Below are positions 35,201-47,500 of a stretch of 64,000 nt of DNA, one piece after another. Both the position numbers and the translations under genes were made by a program. The stretch spans positions 13,151 through 77,150 of the forward strand of contig NIVC01003778.1 of the NCBI GenBank assembly GCA_002269645.1, given 5' to 3'. The number at the start of each line of letters is the position of its first letter. Within the stretch, counting starts at the first letter, position 1. Under the pieces are notes generated by a model. That model ran no database searches and was not told the DNA's origin. It worked only from the letters and a program-made list of their open reading frames with translations. This stretch comes from Macrostomum lignano. Taxonomy: Eukaryota.

Positions 35201-37515
35201 GAGAGACTCTGCAGCAGCACAAGCTACTTAAAGTAATCAAGAAGAAACTGGTTCGCAAAGCTCTCGACATGATTAAGAAAATCGAGCCGGAAAAGTACAA
35301 GGAGTTCTGGAAGGAGTACTCTACTAACATCAAGGTTGGCATCACGGATGACGCCGCTAACAGGACTCGGCTGTCTAAGCTGCTGATGTTCTGGTCCTCG
35401 AACAATGACAAAGAGCAGGTGTCTCTGGCCGACTACGTGAGCAGGATGAAGGAGAAGCAGGAGAACATCTACTTCATCTCTGGACAGTCTCGCAAAGAAG
35501 TTGAAACTTCGCCGTTTGTTGAGAAGCTACTGAAACGCGGCTACGAAGTCCTGTACCTGCTGGAGCCGATCGACCAGTACGCCATCCAGTCCCTGCCCGA
35601 GTTCGAGGGCAAGAAGTTCCAGAATGCCGCCAAGGACGGCTTGAAGATTGGCGAAGAGACCGCCGAGGTCAAGGAGCGACGCGAGGCCATGGTGAAGGAC
35701 TTTGAGCCGTTGACCAAATGGCTGCAGGAGACCGCTTTGAAGGACAAGATTGAGAAGGCTCAGATCTCCGACAGATTGGCTTCCTCCCCGTGCGCTCTGG
35801 TGGCCTCCCAGTACGGCTGGGACGCCGCTATGGATCGGGTGATGCGAGCTCAAGCCTACCAGAAGGCTGGCGATCCGTCTCAGGTATAAGTTCAGATTGG
35901 GATTAGCGGTTTGCTCGTATGTTATGGGCCATTGAATTTCAAAAAACCTTTCTTGATGCTCAAAATATCAAAATGCTCAAATGTCCGATTGACACACAGG
36001 GCTCAAAAATCCCATTGACTCAGTGCTCAAATATCCCATTGACTCAGTGCTCAAATATCCCATTGACTCAGTGCTCAACTATCCCATTGACTCAGTGCTC
36101 AAATATTCCATTGACACACAGGGCTCAAATATCCCCATTGACACAGTGCTCAATATCTCATTGACACAGTGCTTAAATATCCCCATTGACACAGTGCTCA
36201 AATATCCCCATTGACACAATGCTCAAATATCCCATTGACACACAGGGCTCAAATATCCCCATTGACACAGTGCTCAAATATCCGATTGACACACAGGGCT
36301 CAAATATCCCATTGACTCAGTGCTGATATGACTCAGTGCTCAAATATCCCATTGACTCAGTGCTCAATATCTCATTGACACAGTGCTTAAATATCCCCAT
36401 TGACTCAGTGCTCAATATCTCATTGACACAGTGCTCAAATATCCCCATTGACACAATGCTCAAATATCCCATTGACACACAGTGTTCAAATATCCCCATT
36501 GACACAGTGCTCAAATATCCGATTGACACACAGGGCTCAAATATCCCATTGACTCAGTGCTCAAATATCCCATTGATTCAGTGCTCAAATATCCCATTGA
36601 CACACAGGGCTCAAATATCCCCATTGACACAGTGCTCAAATATTCCATTGACTCAGTGCTCAAATATCCCATTGACTCAGTGCTCAAATATCCCATTGAT
36701 TCAGTGCTCAAATATCCCATTGACACACAGGGCTCAAATATCCCCATTGACACAGTGCTCAAATATTCCATTGACTCAGTGCTCAAATATCCCATTGACT
36801 CAGTGCTCAAATATCCCATTGACTCAGTGCTCAAATATCCCATTGACTCAGTGCTCAAATATCCCTTTGACACAGTGCTCAAATATCCCATTGACTCAGT
36901 GCTCAAATATCCCATTGACTCAGTGCTCAAATATCCCATTGACACAGTGTTAAAACATTCGATTTAGTTCCTAAAAAGTAAAGGCATTGGGATAGTACTG
37001 TATAAGGTACTCAATTAGTCCCTGCCACCACTCATCAACTCTACATCACACCCTCAAACAGGTGCACTTCGCCTCCCAGAAGAAGATTCTGGAGATCAAC
37101 CCGCGCCATCCGCTCATCAAAGAGCTCAAACGTCGCAGCGCCGATTCCCCAGACGACAAAACCGCCAACCAGCTGGCCACCATCCTGTACGAGGCCGCCA
37201 CCCTGCGCAGCGGCTACGCCCTGGAGGACTCGTCAGGCTTCGCTGAACGTCTCGAAGCCATGCTGCGTCGTTCGGTGAACATTCCCGAGTCGGAGACAGT
37301 CGAAGAGGACGACCTGGACGGCGCTGCCGCTTCCGCACCGTCGACAGACGAGACGGCGAAAAAGACGGACGAATCTGCGGCGGTGAGTGTTTGAAATTTC
37401 TTCTATATGACGAAAGATATTTTAGTCTTGTGAATTTGGATCATATTTTAATTCATTGCCACACACTTATTTTTCTCCTACATACATTTTTATATTTCAG
37501 AAAACTGAGTTGTAA
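32234..37515 (+). CDS. HSP90B1: Endoplasmin / Grp94 (ER Hsp90), exons 32234-32282, 33400-34078, 34587-35883, 37062-37382, 37501-37515
   Basis: Signal peptide; [77 protein letters not shown]. Splice phases are consistent (1,2,0,0) and the last exon encodes KTEL-stop. Confidence 0.97.
34205..34545. mobile_element. Non-autonomous hAT (Charlie/MER58-like) MITE, copy 2, in Grp94 intron 2
   Basis: AAAGGGCCAGA...TTGCGGGCCAGAGG, GA-rich middle, CCGGATAGAGAGGC, right end AGTTTTCCGACCCCCTG followed by CTCTAAAT. Left end is decayed. Confidence 0.6.
35960..36955. repeat. ~24-bp minisatellite (CAGTGCTCAAATATCCCATTGACT) in Grp94 intron 3
   Basis: About 40 copies with small indel variants. Confidence 0.95.
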
Positions 37516-39582
37516 AATGAATGAAACAAAGAACTGAAAACATTTATTAGTAAATCAAAATCTTTATAATATTAAAGTTCTATATTTGAGTTGCTCCGGT
37601 AATGTTAGACTAAAAACATACAGTAATTTTATTTATTAATAATCAGTTGCAATATGCCCGCACCCTGTGTAACTGAACACTTCACCAAAATCGTTTCATG
37701 GTTCACTTATTTTCCTAGCTATACTTTGTAGTTTGAATTTGTTCAAATTTTCTCTCTTTTATGTTGTTTTACTGTTGCCACGTTTTCTTCTGCTGTGTGT
37801 TTGCGTGTGTGTGCGTTTTTTGTGTTTCCTTTCTAGCGTCAGTGTTTTCCCTCACCTTTGTTCGATTGAAAGCCCGATTTTTTGTCCTGGTGCATTTTGC
37901 CGCGCTGTCTTACATAATAATATATACTTAAGTCTATTCAATATGTCCTTAAATTGTTTGCCAATTGATGGATTTTATTTGAAAAATAAAACACAAGCTA
38001 ACTACTGAGGCGGGTACTGTCGCCTGAACATTAAACCATTGTTCAGAGAGAGAACTGCTGGGAAATTTCTTGCCTCCTTCATCGAATAAGGAAAACTTGA
38101 GAATTATTTGATTTGATTTGAAGACGCACGAATGAGATTCCACGTTTGCCAATTTTAGTAAATAGCGCGTTCCTATACTAACCTCTGCCGCCTCCTCCCT
38201 TCATTTATATTCGTAGAGACTTATGACTAACATACCGATAATTAATCACCTTTGAGCAGCCAGCGTCTTTATTTCAGTTATTTTTATTTTTGTTTTTTTG
38301 CTTGCGTTTTTCCTCTAACCTCTACCTAACTCTTCACGACACCCCCTAATGGATGCTTTAAAAGCCGTGTCGTTTAGTTATAAATTTCGCTCATCTATTT
38401 AATGTGTCGTTTTTGCATTCGTTGGAATTCGAATCGAAAAGAAAATTATATACGTGCCCTGAATAGGTATGCTACTAGCAGATGTCCAAATTTAATCAGT
38501 TAATTATATTAAAATATTGCATGATTGACTTTATTTGTTGTCTTTCTTAATTTTTATCTTTTTAGTCTTCTCTTATTTATTGAACGTTGTCAACCCATAT
38601 TAACCCTTATCCTGCTAGTTCCTTGTTTAACAATTTGGCTCCAAAAATTAAGCAGACTAATACCGATAACCTTAAATTTGAATTACCTACCTCACCTATG
38701 CTCTGTATATCACTCAGTCCTCAGAAACCTTTCAAAAGAATTTATTAAACTGCATGCTTGGCAAGGTTCCCTATAATGCATGATATCGATTGCTTTTCAG
38801 CAATGCAGCAAAAAAACCTTGCCAACATCTGGTAAGCGAGAAGTTCCCTAACTGACCAGTGAATAATACTGTGTATTTAATGTCTGAGCAAATTGCAGCG
38901 CTGGCATGACATGAGAATTCACCGCGTGTTTGCAAATACTAATCGGGTTTTAATTCCTCTCTGTGTAGATAAGGATTGGACTTATTGATTTCCCATGGCT
39001 TTGGCTTGGTTGTCGCATGCATGCAAGCACGAGATTTTTCCTGCACCCTGAGTGAGCAACTTAAGAACAAAAATTCTCGTTTTAATTGTCCATCTACTAC
39101 ATGTAAGCGCTACTATTAGTAATACATTGCAGATGCTAATGCAGAAACAAACTTTTGTTGCATTTGTAAACAAGACCGTCTCCTGAAATGACCCCGTTAA
39201 GTTTCCCAGAATGTATGCTAGGAATTGTACTCTAGGAAAGTTACACTACATGCAATTCTTTATGACGAAATGTAGCGATTGCAAGGAAGTTGTTCGATGA
39301 AGCTTTCATTTGTTGCGCTAATTGAACAGCCTTGAAAGCTGTGTGTGTTTTGTGTTTGTGTACACATCCATTGAAAGACATAGCGACTGCTGGAATACGG
39401 TAGTCACCCATGTAGTGCAATTTCCAAGTAATCTTGGCCTTACATCAAAGTAGTGCGTTATCTTCTACCAGAGCTACATGTAGGGGCGTCGCCACCGGAG
39501 GAACATGGGCCTAGGGGGGGGGGGACATCCCCCCAGTTAAAGCTATATGGGAGTGACATGCAAACGCTTTATCCCCCCTCAC

Positions 39583-40685
39583 GAGTGTCTTCGGCGCCAA
39601 AATGAGTGTCTGCAGCACCAAAATGAGTGTCTGCAGTGCCAAAATGAGTGTCTGCAGTGCCAAAATGAGTGTCTGCAGTGCCAAAATGAGTGTCTGCAGC
39701 ACCAAAATGAGTGTCTGCAGTGCCAAAATGAGTGTCTGCAGTGCCAAAATGAGTGTCTGCAGTGCCAAAATGAGTGTCTGCAGCACCAAAATGAGTGTCT
39801 GCAGTACCAAAATGAGTGTCTGCAGTGCCAAAATGAGTGTCTGCAGTGCCAAAATGAGTGTCTGCAGCACCAAAATGAGTGTCTGCAGTGCCAAAATGAG
39901 TGTCTGCAGTGCCAAAATGAGTGTCTGCAGTGCCAAAATGAGTGTCTGCAGTGCCAAAATGAGTGTCTGCAGTACCAAAATGAGTGTCTGCAGTACCAAA
40001 ATGAGTGTCTGCAGTGCCAAAATGAGTGTCTGCAGCGCCAAAATGAGTGTCTGCAGCACCAAAATGAGTGTCTGCAGCGCCAAAATGAGTGTCTGCAGCG
40101 CCAAAATGAGTGTCTGCAGCACCAAAATGAGTGTCTGCAGCGCCAAAATGAGTGTCTGCAGTGCCAAAATGAGTGTCTGCAGCACCAAAATGAGTGTCTG
40201 CAATGCCAAAATGAGTGTCTGCAGTGCCAAAATGAGTGTCTGCAGCCCCAAAATGAGTGTCTGCAGTGCCAAAATGAGTGTCTGCAGTGCCAAAATGAGT
40301 GTCTGCAGCCCCAAAATGAGTGTCTGCAGCCCCAAAATGAGTGTCTGCAGCACCAAAATGAGTGTCAGCAGTGCCAAAATGAGTGTCTGCAGCACCAAAA
40401 TGAGTGTCTGCAATGCCAAAATGAGTGTCTGCAGTGCCAAAATGAGTGTCTGCAGCCCCAAAATGAGTGTCTGCAGTGCCAAAATGAGTGTCTGCAGTGC
40501 CAAAATGAGTGTCTGCAGCCCCAAAATGAGTGTCTGCAGCCCCAAAATGAGTGTCTGCAGCACCAAAATGAGTGTCTGCAGTGCCAAAATGAGTGTCTGC
40601 AGCACCAAAATGAGTGTCTGCAGTGCCAAAATGAGTGTCTGCAGTGCCAAAATGAGTGTCTGCAGCGCCGAAGTGAATGTCTGCG
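39583..40685. repeat. 21-bp minisatellite (CAAAATGAGTGTCTGCAGTGC), ~52 copies, with a 210-bp higher-order repeat
   Basis: No indels; variation concentrated in one triplet; preceded by a hAT-MITE-like left end (AGGGGCGTCGCC at ~39482). Confidence 0.95.
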
Positions 40686-41129
40686 ATTTAACACGTCAGA
40701 AGATGAGCTTAGAAGGCTGTTACCGCCGGATGTGTGCCAGAAGCTTTACTGCAGTAGCTGCAGCTTAGATGATAAAGTACGTTCACGGAATGGCACACAA
40801 GATGAATTTAGACAGTGCATGGGCGTTTGCTGTTTAGCGTGTACTGATGGTGCTCAACAAGGAACAAGGAAGTATCAACTAACGTTCACTCGTTGCATGC
40901 ATGTTTCTCTTGTGTTGTCATTTTTTAATTTCTAAAAATGCATTTCAATCCTGTACCTATATGATGCATTAGATCTATAAAGGAGTTTTTACCATAGAAA
41001 CAATCAATTCTACACGCTCAATCCATGCAATAGAAATTATGGATGTTATGATCTTTGATCGATATTCATAATCTGCAAAAACACAAGAGACAGGAACAGT
41101 TTGGTAGATTGTGTAAATAGTTTACATAT

Positions 41130-41440
41130 ACATGTACCTTGCCGAGTGCAGCCATGAGGCATTCAAGCAACGTTTGGTTTTAAAGCAGTGCAAATCCACA
41201 AACCAATATTTGTTGTCGCTCGAGGTTGGCCCCAGGTAGCGTACCCGCGGTCTCTGATAAAGAAAGGGCAGTGACAGTGACAGACAAAGTGCTGAGCATC
41301 TTCATTGTTGTATTCGCAAAAAGGGCAAAGTTCAATCTTTAAATCGCCTCGGAGGAAGCCGCGCCTGGCGACCGGTAAAGGTCATGACATGGCAAGGACT
41401 CGAATATCCTTCCGGTTTTGGTTTAGAAGGACGGTGACAA
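41130..41440 (-). mobile_element. Decayed non-LTR retrotransposon 3' fragment with CCHC zinc knuckle
   Basis: Minus-strand frame reads ...LLNQNRKDIRVLAMS*...CPFCEYNNEDAQHFVCHC (C-x2-C-x8-H-x4-C), with an in-frame stop upstream. Confidence 0.55.
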
Positions 41441-41556
41441 TGGTGACAATACAGGGATACAAGATTTATCAGCTGAATCTCAGATATGCAGCATTTCAAC
41501 AGACAATACACGCATTGTTTTTCTGCTTGGTTGACGTCCTGGTCCTGAGTCACTCT

Positions 41557-44500
41557 CTCCAGTCACTGTTTCTTCCCTCCCCAGTCACTGTTTCTTCCCT
41601 CTCCAGTCACTGTTTCTTCCCTCTCCAGTCACTGTCTCTTCCCTCTCCAGTCACTGTTTCTTCCCTCTCCAGTCACTGTTTCTTCCCTCTCCAGTCACTG
41701 TTTCTTCCCTCTCCAGTCACTGTTTCTTCCCTCTCCAGTCACTGTTTCTTCCCTCTCCAGTCACTGTTTCTTCCCTCTCCAGTCACTGTCTTCTCCCTCC
41801 AGTCACTGTTTCTCCCTCCCAGTCACTGTTTCTTCCTTCTCCAGTCACTGTTCTTCCCTCTCCAGTCACTGTTTCTTCCTTCTCCAGTCACTGTTTCTTT
41901 CCCTCCAGTCACTGTTTCTCCCTCTCCAGTCACTGTTTTTCCTTCTCCAGTCACTGTTCTTCTTTCTCCAGTCACTGTTTCTCCCTCCAGTCACTGTTTC
42001 TTCCTTCTCCAGTCACTGTTTCTCCCCTCTCCAGTCACTGTTTCTTCCCTCTCCAGTCACTGTTTCTTCCCTTTCCAGTCACTGTTTCTTCCTTGTCCAG
42101 TCACTGTTTCTTCCTTCTCCAGTCACTGTTTCTTCCTTCTCCAGTCACTGTTTCTTCCTTCTCCAGTCACTGTTTCTCCCCTCTCCAGTCACTGTTTCTT
42201 CCCTGTCCAGTCACTGTTTCTTCCTTCTCCAGTCACTGTTTCTTCCTTCTCCAGTCACTGTTTCTTCCTTCTCCAGTCACTGTTTCTTCCTTCTCCAGTC
42301 ACTGTTTCTCCCCTCTCCAGTCACTGTTTCTTCCCTCTCCAGTCACTGTTTCTTCCCTCTCCAGTCACTGTTTCTTCCCTCTCCAGTCACTGTTTCTTCC
42401 CTCTCCAGTCACTGTTTCTTCCCTCTCCAGTCACTGTTTCTTCCTTCTCCAGTCACTGTTTCTTCCTTCTCCAGTCACTGTTTCTTCCCTCTCCAGTCAC
42501 TGTTTCTTCCCTCCCCAGTCACTGTTTCTCCCCTCCCCAGTCACTGTTTCTTCCTTCTCCAGTCACTGTTTCTTCCCTTCCAGTCACTGTTTCTTCCTCT
42601 CCAGTCACTGTTTCTCCTCTCCAGTCACTGTTTCTCCCTCTCCAGTCACTGTTTCTTCCCTGTCCAGTCACTGTTTCTTCCCTTCTCCAGTCACTGTTTC
42701 TTCCTTCTCAGTCACTGTTTCTCCCTCTCCAGTCACTGTTTCTTCCCTCTCCAGTCACTGTTTCTTCCTTCTCAGTCACTGTTTCTCCCTCCCAGTCACT
42801 GTTTCTTCCTTCTCCAGTCACTGTTTCTTCCCTGTCCAGTCACTGTTCTTCCTTCTCCAGTCACTGTTTCTCCTTCTCCAGTCACTGTTTCTTCCTTCTC
42901 CAGTCACTGTTTTTCCTTCTTCAGTCACTGTTTCTTCCCTCCAGTCACTGTTTCTTCCCTCCCAGTCACTGTTTCTCCCTCCCAGTCACTGTTTTTCCTC
43001 CATTCATTGTTTCTCCTCTCCAGTCACTGTTTCTTCCCTCTCCAGTCACTGTTTCTTCCCTCTCCAGTCACTGTTTCTCCCCTCCCAGTCACTGTTTCTT
43101 CCTTCTCCAGTCACTGTTTCTTCCTTCTCCAGTCACTGTTTCTTCCTTCTCCAGTCACTGTTTCTTCCTTCTCCAGTCACTGTTTCTCCCCTCTCCAGTC
43201 ACTGTTTCTTCCCTGTCCAGTCACTGTTTCTTCCTTCTCCAGTCACTGTTTCTTCCTTCTCCAGTCACTGTTTCTTCCTTCTCCAGTCACTGTTTCTTCC
43301 TTCTCCAGTCACTGTTTCTTCCTTCTCCAGTCACTGTTTCTCCCCTCTCCAGTCACTGTTTCTTCCTTCTCCAGTCACTGTTTCTTCCTTCTCCAGTCAC
43401 TGTTTCTTCCTTCTCCAGTCACTGTTTCTTCCTTCTCCAGTCACTGTTTCTTCCTTCTCGAGTCACTGTTTCTTCCTTCTCCAGTCACTGTTTCTCCCCT
43501 CCCCAGTCACTGTTTCTTCCTTCTCCAGTCACTGTTTCTCCCCTCTCCAGTCACTGTTTCTTCCTCTCCAGTCACTGTTTCTTCCCTCTCCAGTCACTGT
43601 TTCTTCCTCTAGTCACTGTTTCTTCCTTCTCCAGTCACTGTTCTTCTTCTCCAGTCACTGTTTCTCTTCTCCAGTCACTGTTTCTTCCCTGTCCAGTCAC
43701 TGTTTCTTCCCGTCCAGTCACTGTTTCTTCCTTCTCCAGTCACTGTTTTCTTCCTCTCCAGTCACTGTTTCTTTCCTCTCCAGTCACTGTTTCTTCTTCT
43801 CTCAGTCACTGTTTCTTCCCTCTCAGTCACTGTTTCTTCCCTCTCCAGTCACTGTTTCTTCCTTTCTCCAGTCACTGTTCTTCCTCTCAGTCACTGTTTC
43901 TTCCTCTCCAGTCACTGTTTCTTCCCCCCAGTCACTGTTTCTCCCTCCCCAGTCACTGTTTTCCTTCTCCAGTCATTGTTTCTCCTCTCCAGTCACTGTT
44001 TCTCCCCTCTCCAGTCACTGTTTCTCCCCTCTCCAGTCACTGTTTCTCCCCTCCCAAGTCACTGTTTCTTCCCTGTCCAGTCACTGTTTCTTCCTTCTCC
44101 AGTCACTGTTTCTTCCTTCTCCAGTCACTGTTTCTCCCCTCTCCAGTCACTGTTTCTTCCCTCTCCAGTCACTGTTTCTTCCTTCTCCAGTCACTGTTCT
44201 TCCTTCTCCAGTCACTGTTTCTCCTCTCCAGTCACTGTTTTTCCCTTCCAGTCACTGTTTCTTCCTCTCCAGTCACTGTTTCTTCTTCTCCAGTCACTGT
44301 TTCTTCCCTCTCCAGTCACTGTTTCTTCCTTCTCAGTCACTGTTTCTTCCTCTCCAGTCACTGTTTCTTCCTTCTCCAGTCACTGTTTCTTCCTTCTCCA
44401 GTCACTGTTTCTTCCTTCTCCATTGTTTCTCCCTCTCCAGTCACTGTTTCTCCCCTCCAGTCACTGTTTCTCCCCTCTCCAGTCACTGTTTCTTCCTCTC

Positions 44501-47500
44501 CCAGTCACTGTTTCTCCTCTCTCAGTCACTGTTCTTCCCTCTCCAGTCACTGTTTCTTCCCTCTCCAGTCACTGTTTCTTCCCTCTCCAGTCACTGTTTC
44601 TTCCTCTCCAGTCACTGTTTCTTCCTTCTCAGTCACTGTTTCTTCCCTCTCCAGTCACTGTTTCTCTCCTCCCAGTCACTGTTTCTCCCCTCCCAGTCAC
44701 TGTTTCTTCCTTCCAGTCATTGTTTCTCCCCTCCTCAGTCACTGTTTCTCCCCTCTCAGTCACTGTTTCTCCCTCTCCAGTCACTGTTTCTTCCTTCCTC
44801 CCAGTCACTGTTTCTTCCTTCCAGTCACTGTTTCTTCCTTCTCCAGTCACTGTTTCTTCCTCTCCAGTCACTGTTTCTCCCTCTCCAGTCACTGTTTCTC
44901 CCTCTCCAGTCACTGTTTCTTCCTTCTCCAGTCACTGTTTCTTCCTTCTCCAGTCACTGTTTCTCCCCTCTCCAGTCACTGTTTCTTCCCTTCCAGTCAC
45001 TGTTTCTTCCTCTCCAGTCACTGTTTCTTCCTTCTCCAGTCACTGTTTCTTCCTTCTCCAGTCACTTTCTCCTTCTCAGTCACTGTTTCTTCCCTCTCCA
45101 GTCACTGTTTCTTCCCTCCCAGTCACTGTTTCTCCTCCCAGTCACTGTTTCTTCTTCTCCAGTCATTGTTTCTCCCCTCTCCAGTCACTGTTTCTCCCTC
45201 TCCAGTCACTGTTTCTCCCTCTCCAGTCACTGTTTCTCTCCCAGTCACTGTTTCTCCCCTCTCCAGTCACTGTTTCTTCCTTCTCTCAGTCACTGTTTCT
45301 TCCCTCTCCAGTCACTGTTTCTTCCTTCTCCAGTCACTGTTTCTTCCCTTCCAGTCACTGTTTCTTCCTTCCCAGTCACTGTTTCTCCCTCCCCAGTCAC
45401 TGTTTCCCCTCCTCCAGTCACTGTTTCTTCTTCTCCAGTCACTTTCTCCCCTCTCCAGTCACTTTCTTCCCTGTCCAGTCACTGTTCTTCCTTCTCCAGT
45501 CACTGTTTCTCCCCTCTCCAGTCACTGTTTCTTCCTCTCCAGTCACTGTTTCTTTCTTCTCCAGTCACTGTTTCTCCCCTCCCCAGTCACTGTTTCTTCC
45601 TTCTCCAGTCACTTTCTTCCTTCTCCAGTCACTGTTTCTCCTCTCCAGTCACTTTTCTTCCTTCTCCAGTCACTGTTTCTTCCTCTCCAGTCACTGTTTC
45701 TTCCCTGTCCAGTCACTGTTTCTTCCTTCTCCAGTCACTGTTTCTTCCTTTCTCCAGTCACTGTTTCTTCCTCTCCAGTCACTGTTTCTTCCTTCTCCAG
45801 TCACTGTTTCTCCCCTCTCCAGTCACTGTTTCTTCCCTGTCCAGTCACTGTTTCTTCCTTCTCCAGTCACTGTTTCTTCCTTCTCCAGTCACTGTTTCTC
45901 CCCTCTCCAGTCACTGTTTCTTCCTCTCCAGTCACTGTTTCTTCCTCTCCAGTCACTGTTTCTTCCTTCTCCAGTCACTGTTTCTTCCTCCCAGTCACTG
46001 TTTCTTCCTCTCCAGTCACTGTTTCTTCCTTCTCCAGTCACTGTTTCTTCCTTCTTTCAGTCACTGTTCTCTCCCTCCAGTCACTGTTTCTTCCTTCTCC
46101 AGTCACTGTTTCTCCCCTCCCAGTCACTGTTTCTCCCCTCCCAGTCACTGTTTCTCCCCTCCCAGTCACTGTTTCTTCCTTCTCCAGTCACTGTTTCTCC
46201 CCTCCCCAGTCACTGTCTCTTCCTTCTCCAGTCACTGTCTCTTCCTTCTCCAGTCACTGTCTCTCCCCTCCCCAGTCACTGTTTCTTCCTTCTCCAGTCA
46301 CTGTCTCTTCCTTCTCCAGTCACTGTTTCTTCCTTCTCCAGTCACTGTTTCTTCCTTCTCCAGTCACTGTTTCTTCCTTCTCAGTCACTGTTTCTCCCCT
46401 CCCAGTCACTGTTTCTTCCTTCCAGTCACTGTTTCTTCCCCTCTCCAGTCACTGTTTCTCCTTCTCCAGTCACTGTTTCTTCCTCTCCAGTCACTGTTTC
46501 TTCCTTCTCAGTCACTGTTTCTCCCTCCAGTCACTGTTTCTTCCTTCCCAGTCACTCTCCCAGTCACTGTTTCTTCCTTCTCCAGTCACTGTTCTTCCTC
46601 TCCAGTCACTGTTTCTCCCCTCCCCAGTCACTGTTCTTCCTTCTCCAGTCACTGTTTCTTCCTTCTCCAGTCACTGTTTCTCCCCTCCCCAGTCACTGTT
46701 TCTTCCTTCTCCAGTCACTGTTTCTTCCTTCTCCAGTCACTGTTTCTTCCTTCTCCAGTCACTGTTTCTTCCTTCTCCAGTCACTGTTTCTTCCTTCTCC
46801 AGTCACTGTTTCTCCCCTCCCAGTCACTGTTTCTTCCTTCCAGTCACTGTTTCTTCCCTCCAGTCACTGTTTCTTCCTTCTCCCAGTCACTGTTTCTTCC
46901 TTCTCCAGTCACTGTCTTCCTTCTCCAGTCACTGTTCTTCCCTCCCAGTCACTGTTTCTTCCCTCCAGTCACTGTTTCTCCCTCTCCAGTCACTGTTTCT
47001 TCCTTCTCCAGTCACTGTCTCTCCCCTCCAGTCACTGTTTCTTCCCTCTCCAGTCACTGTTTCTTTCCCCTCTCCAGTCACTGTTTCTTCCTTCCCAGTC
47101 ACTGTTTCTCCCCTCTCCAGTCACTGTTTCTTCCTTCTCCAGTCACTGTTTCTTCCTTCTCCAGTCACTGTTTCTTCCTTCTCCAGTCACTGTTTCTTCC
47201 TTCTCCAGTCACTGTTTCTCCCCTCCTCAGTCACTGTTTCTTCCTTCTCCAGTCACTGTTTCTTCCTCTCCAGTCACTGTTTCTTCCTTCTCCAGTCACT
47301 GTTTCTTCCTTCTCCAGTCACTGTTTCTTCCTCTCCAGTCACTGTTTCTTCCTTCTCCAGTCACTGTTTCTCTTCCTCTCCAGTCACTGTTTCTCCCTCC
47401 CAGTCACTGTCTTCCTTCTCCAGTCACTGTCTCTTCCTTCTCCAGTCACTGTTTCTCCCTCCCCAGTCACTGTTTCTTCCCTCCCAGTCACTGTTTCTTC

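Noticed and set aside
20825-37515. Functional 'chaperone cluster' (URI1, GrpE, Grp94)
   Set aside because: The products act in different compartments (cytosol/nucleus, mitochondria, ER) and are interspersed with unrelated genes; no shared regulatory motif seen.
39482-39540. hAT-MITE-like left end (AGGGGCGTCGCC...poly-G)
   Set aside because: No matching right TIR or TSD found in the window, so not called as an element.
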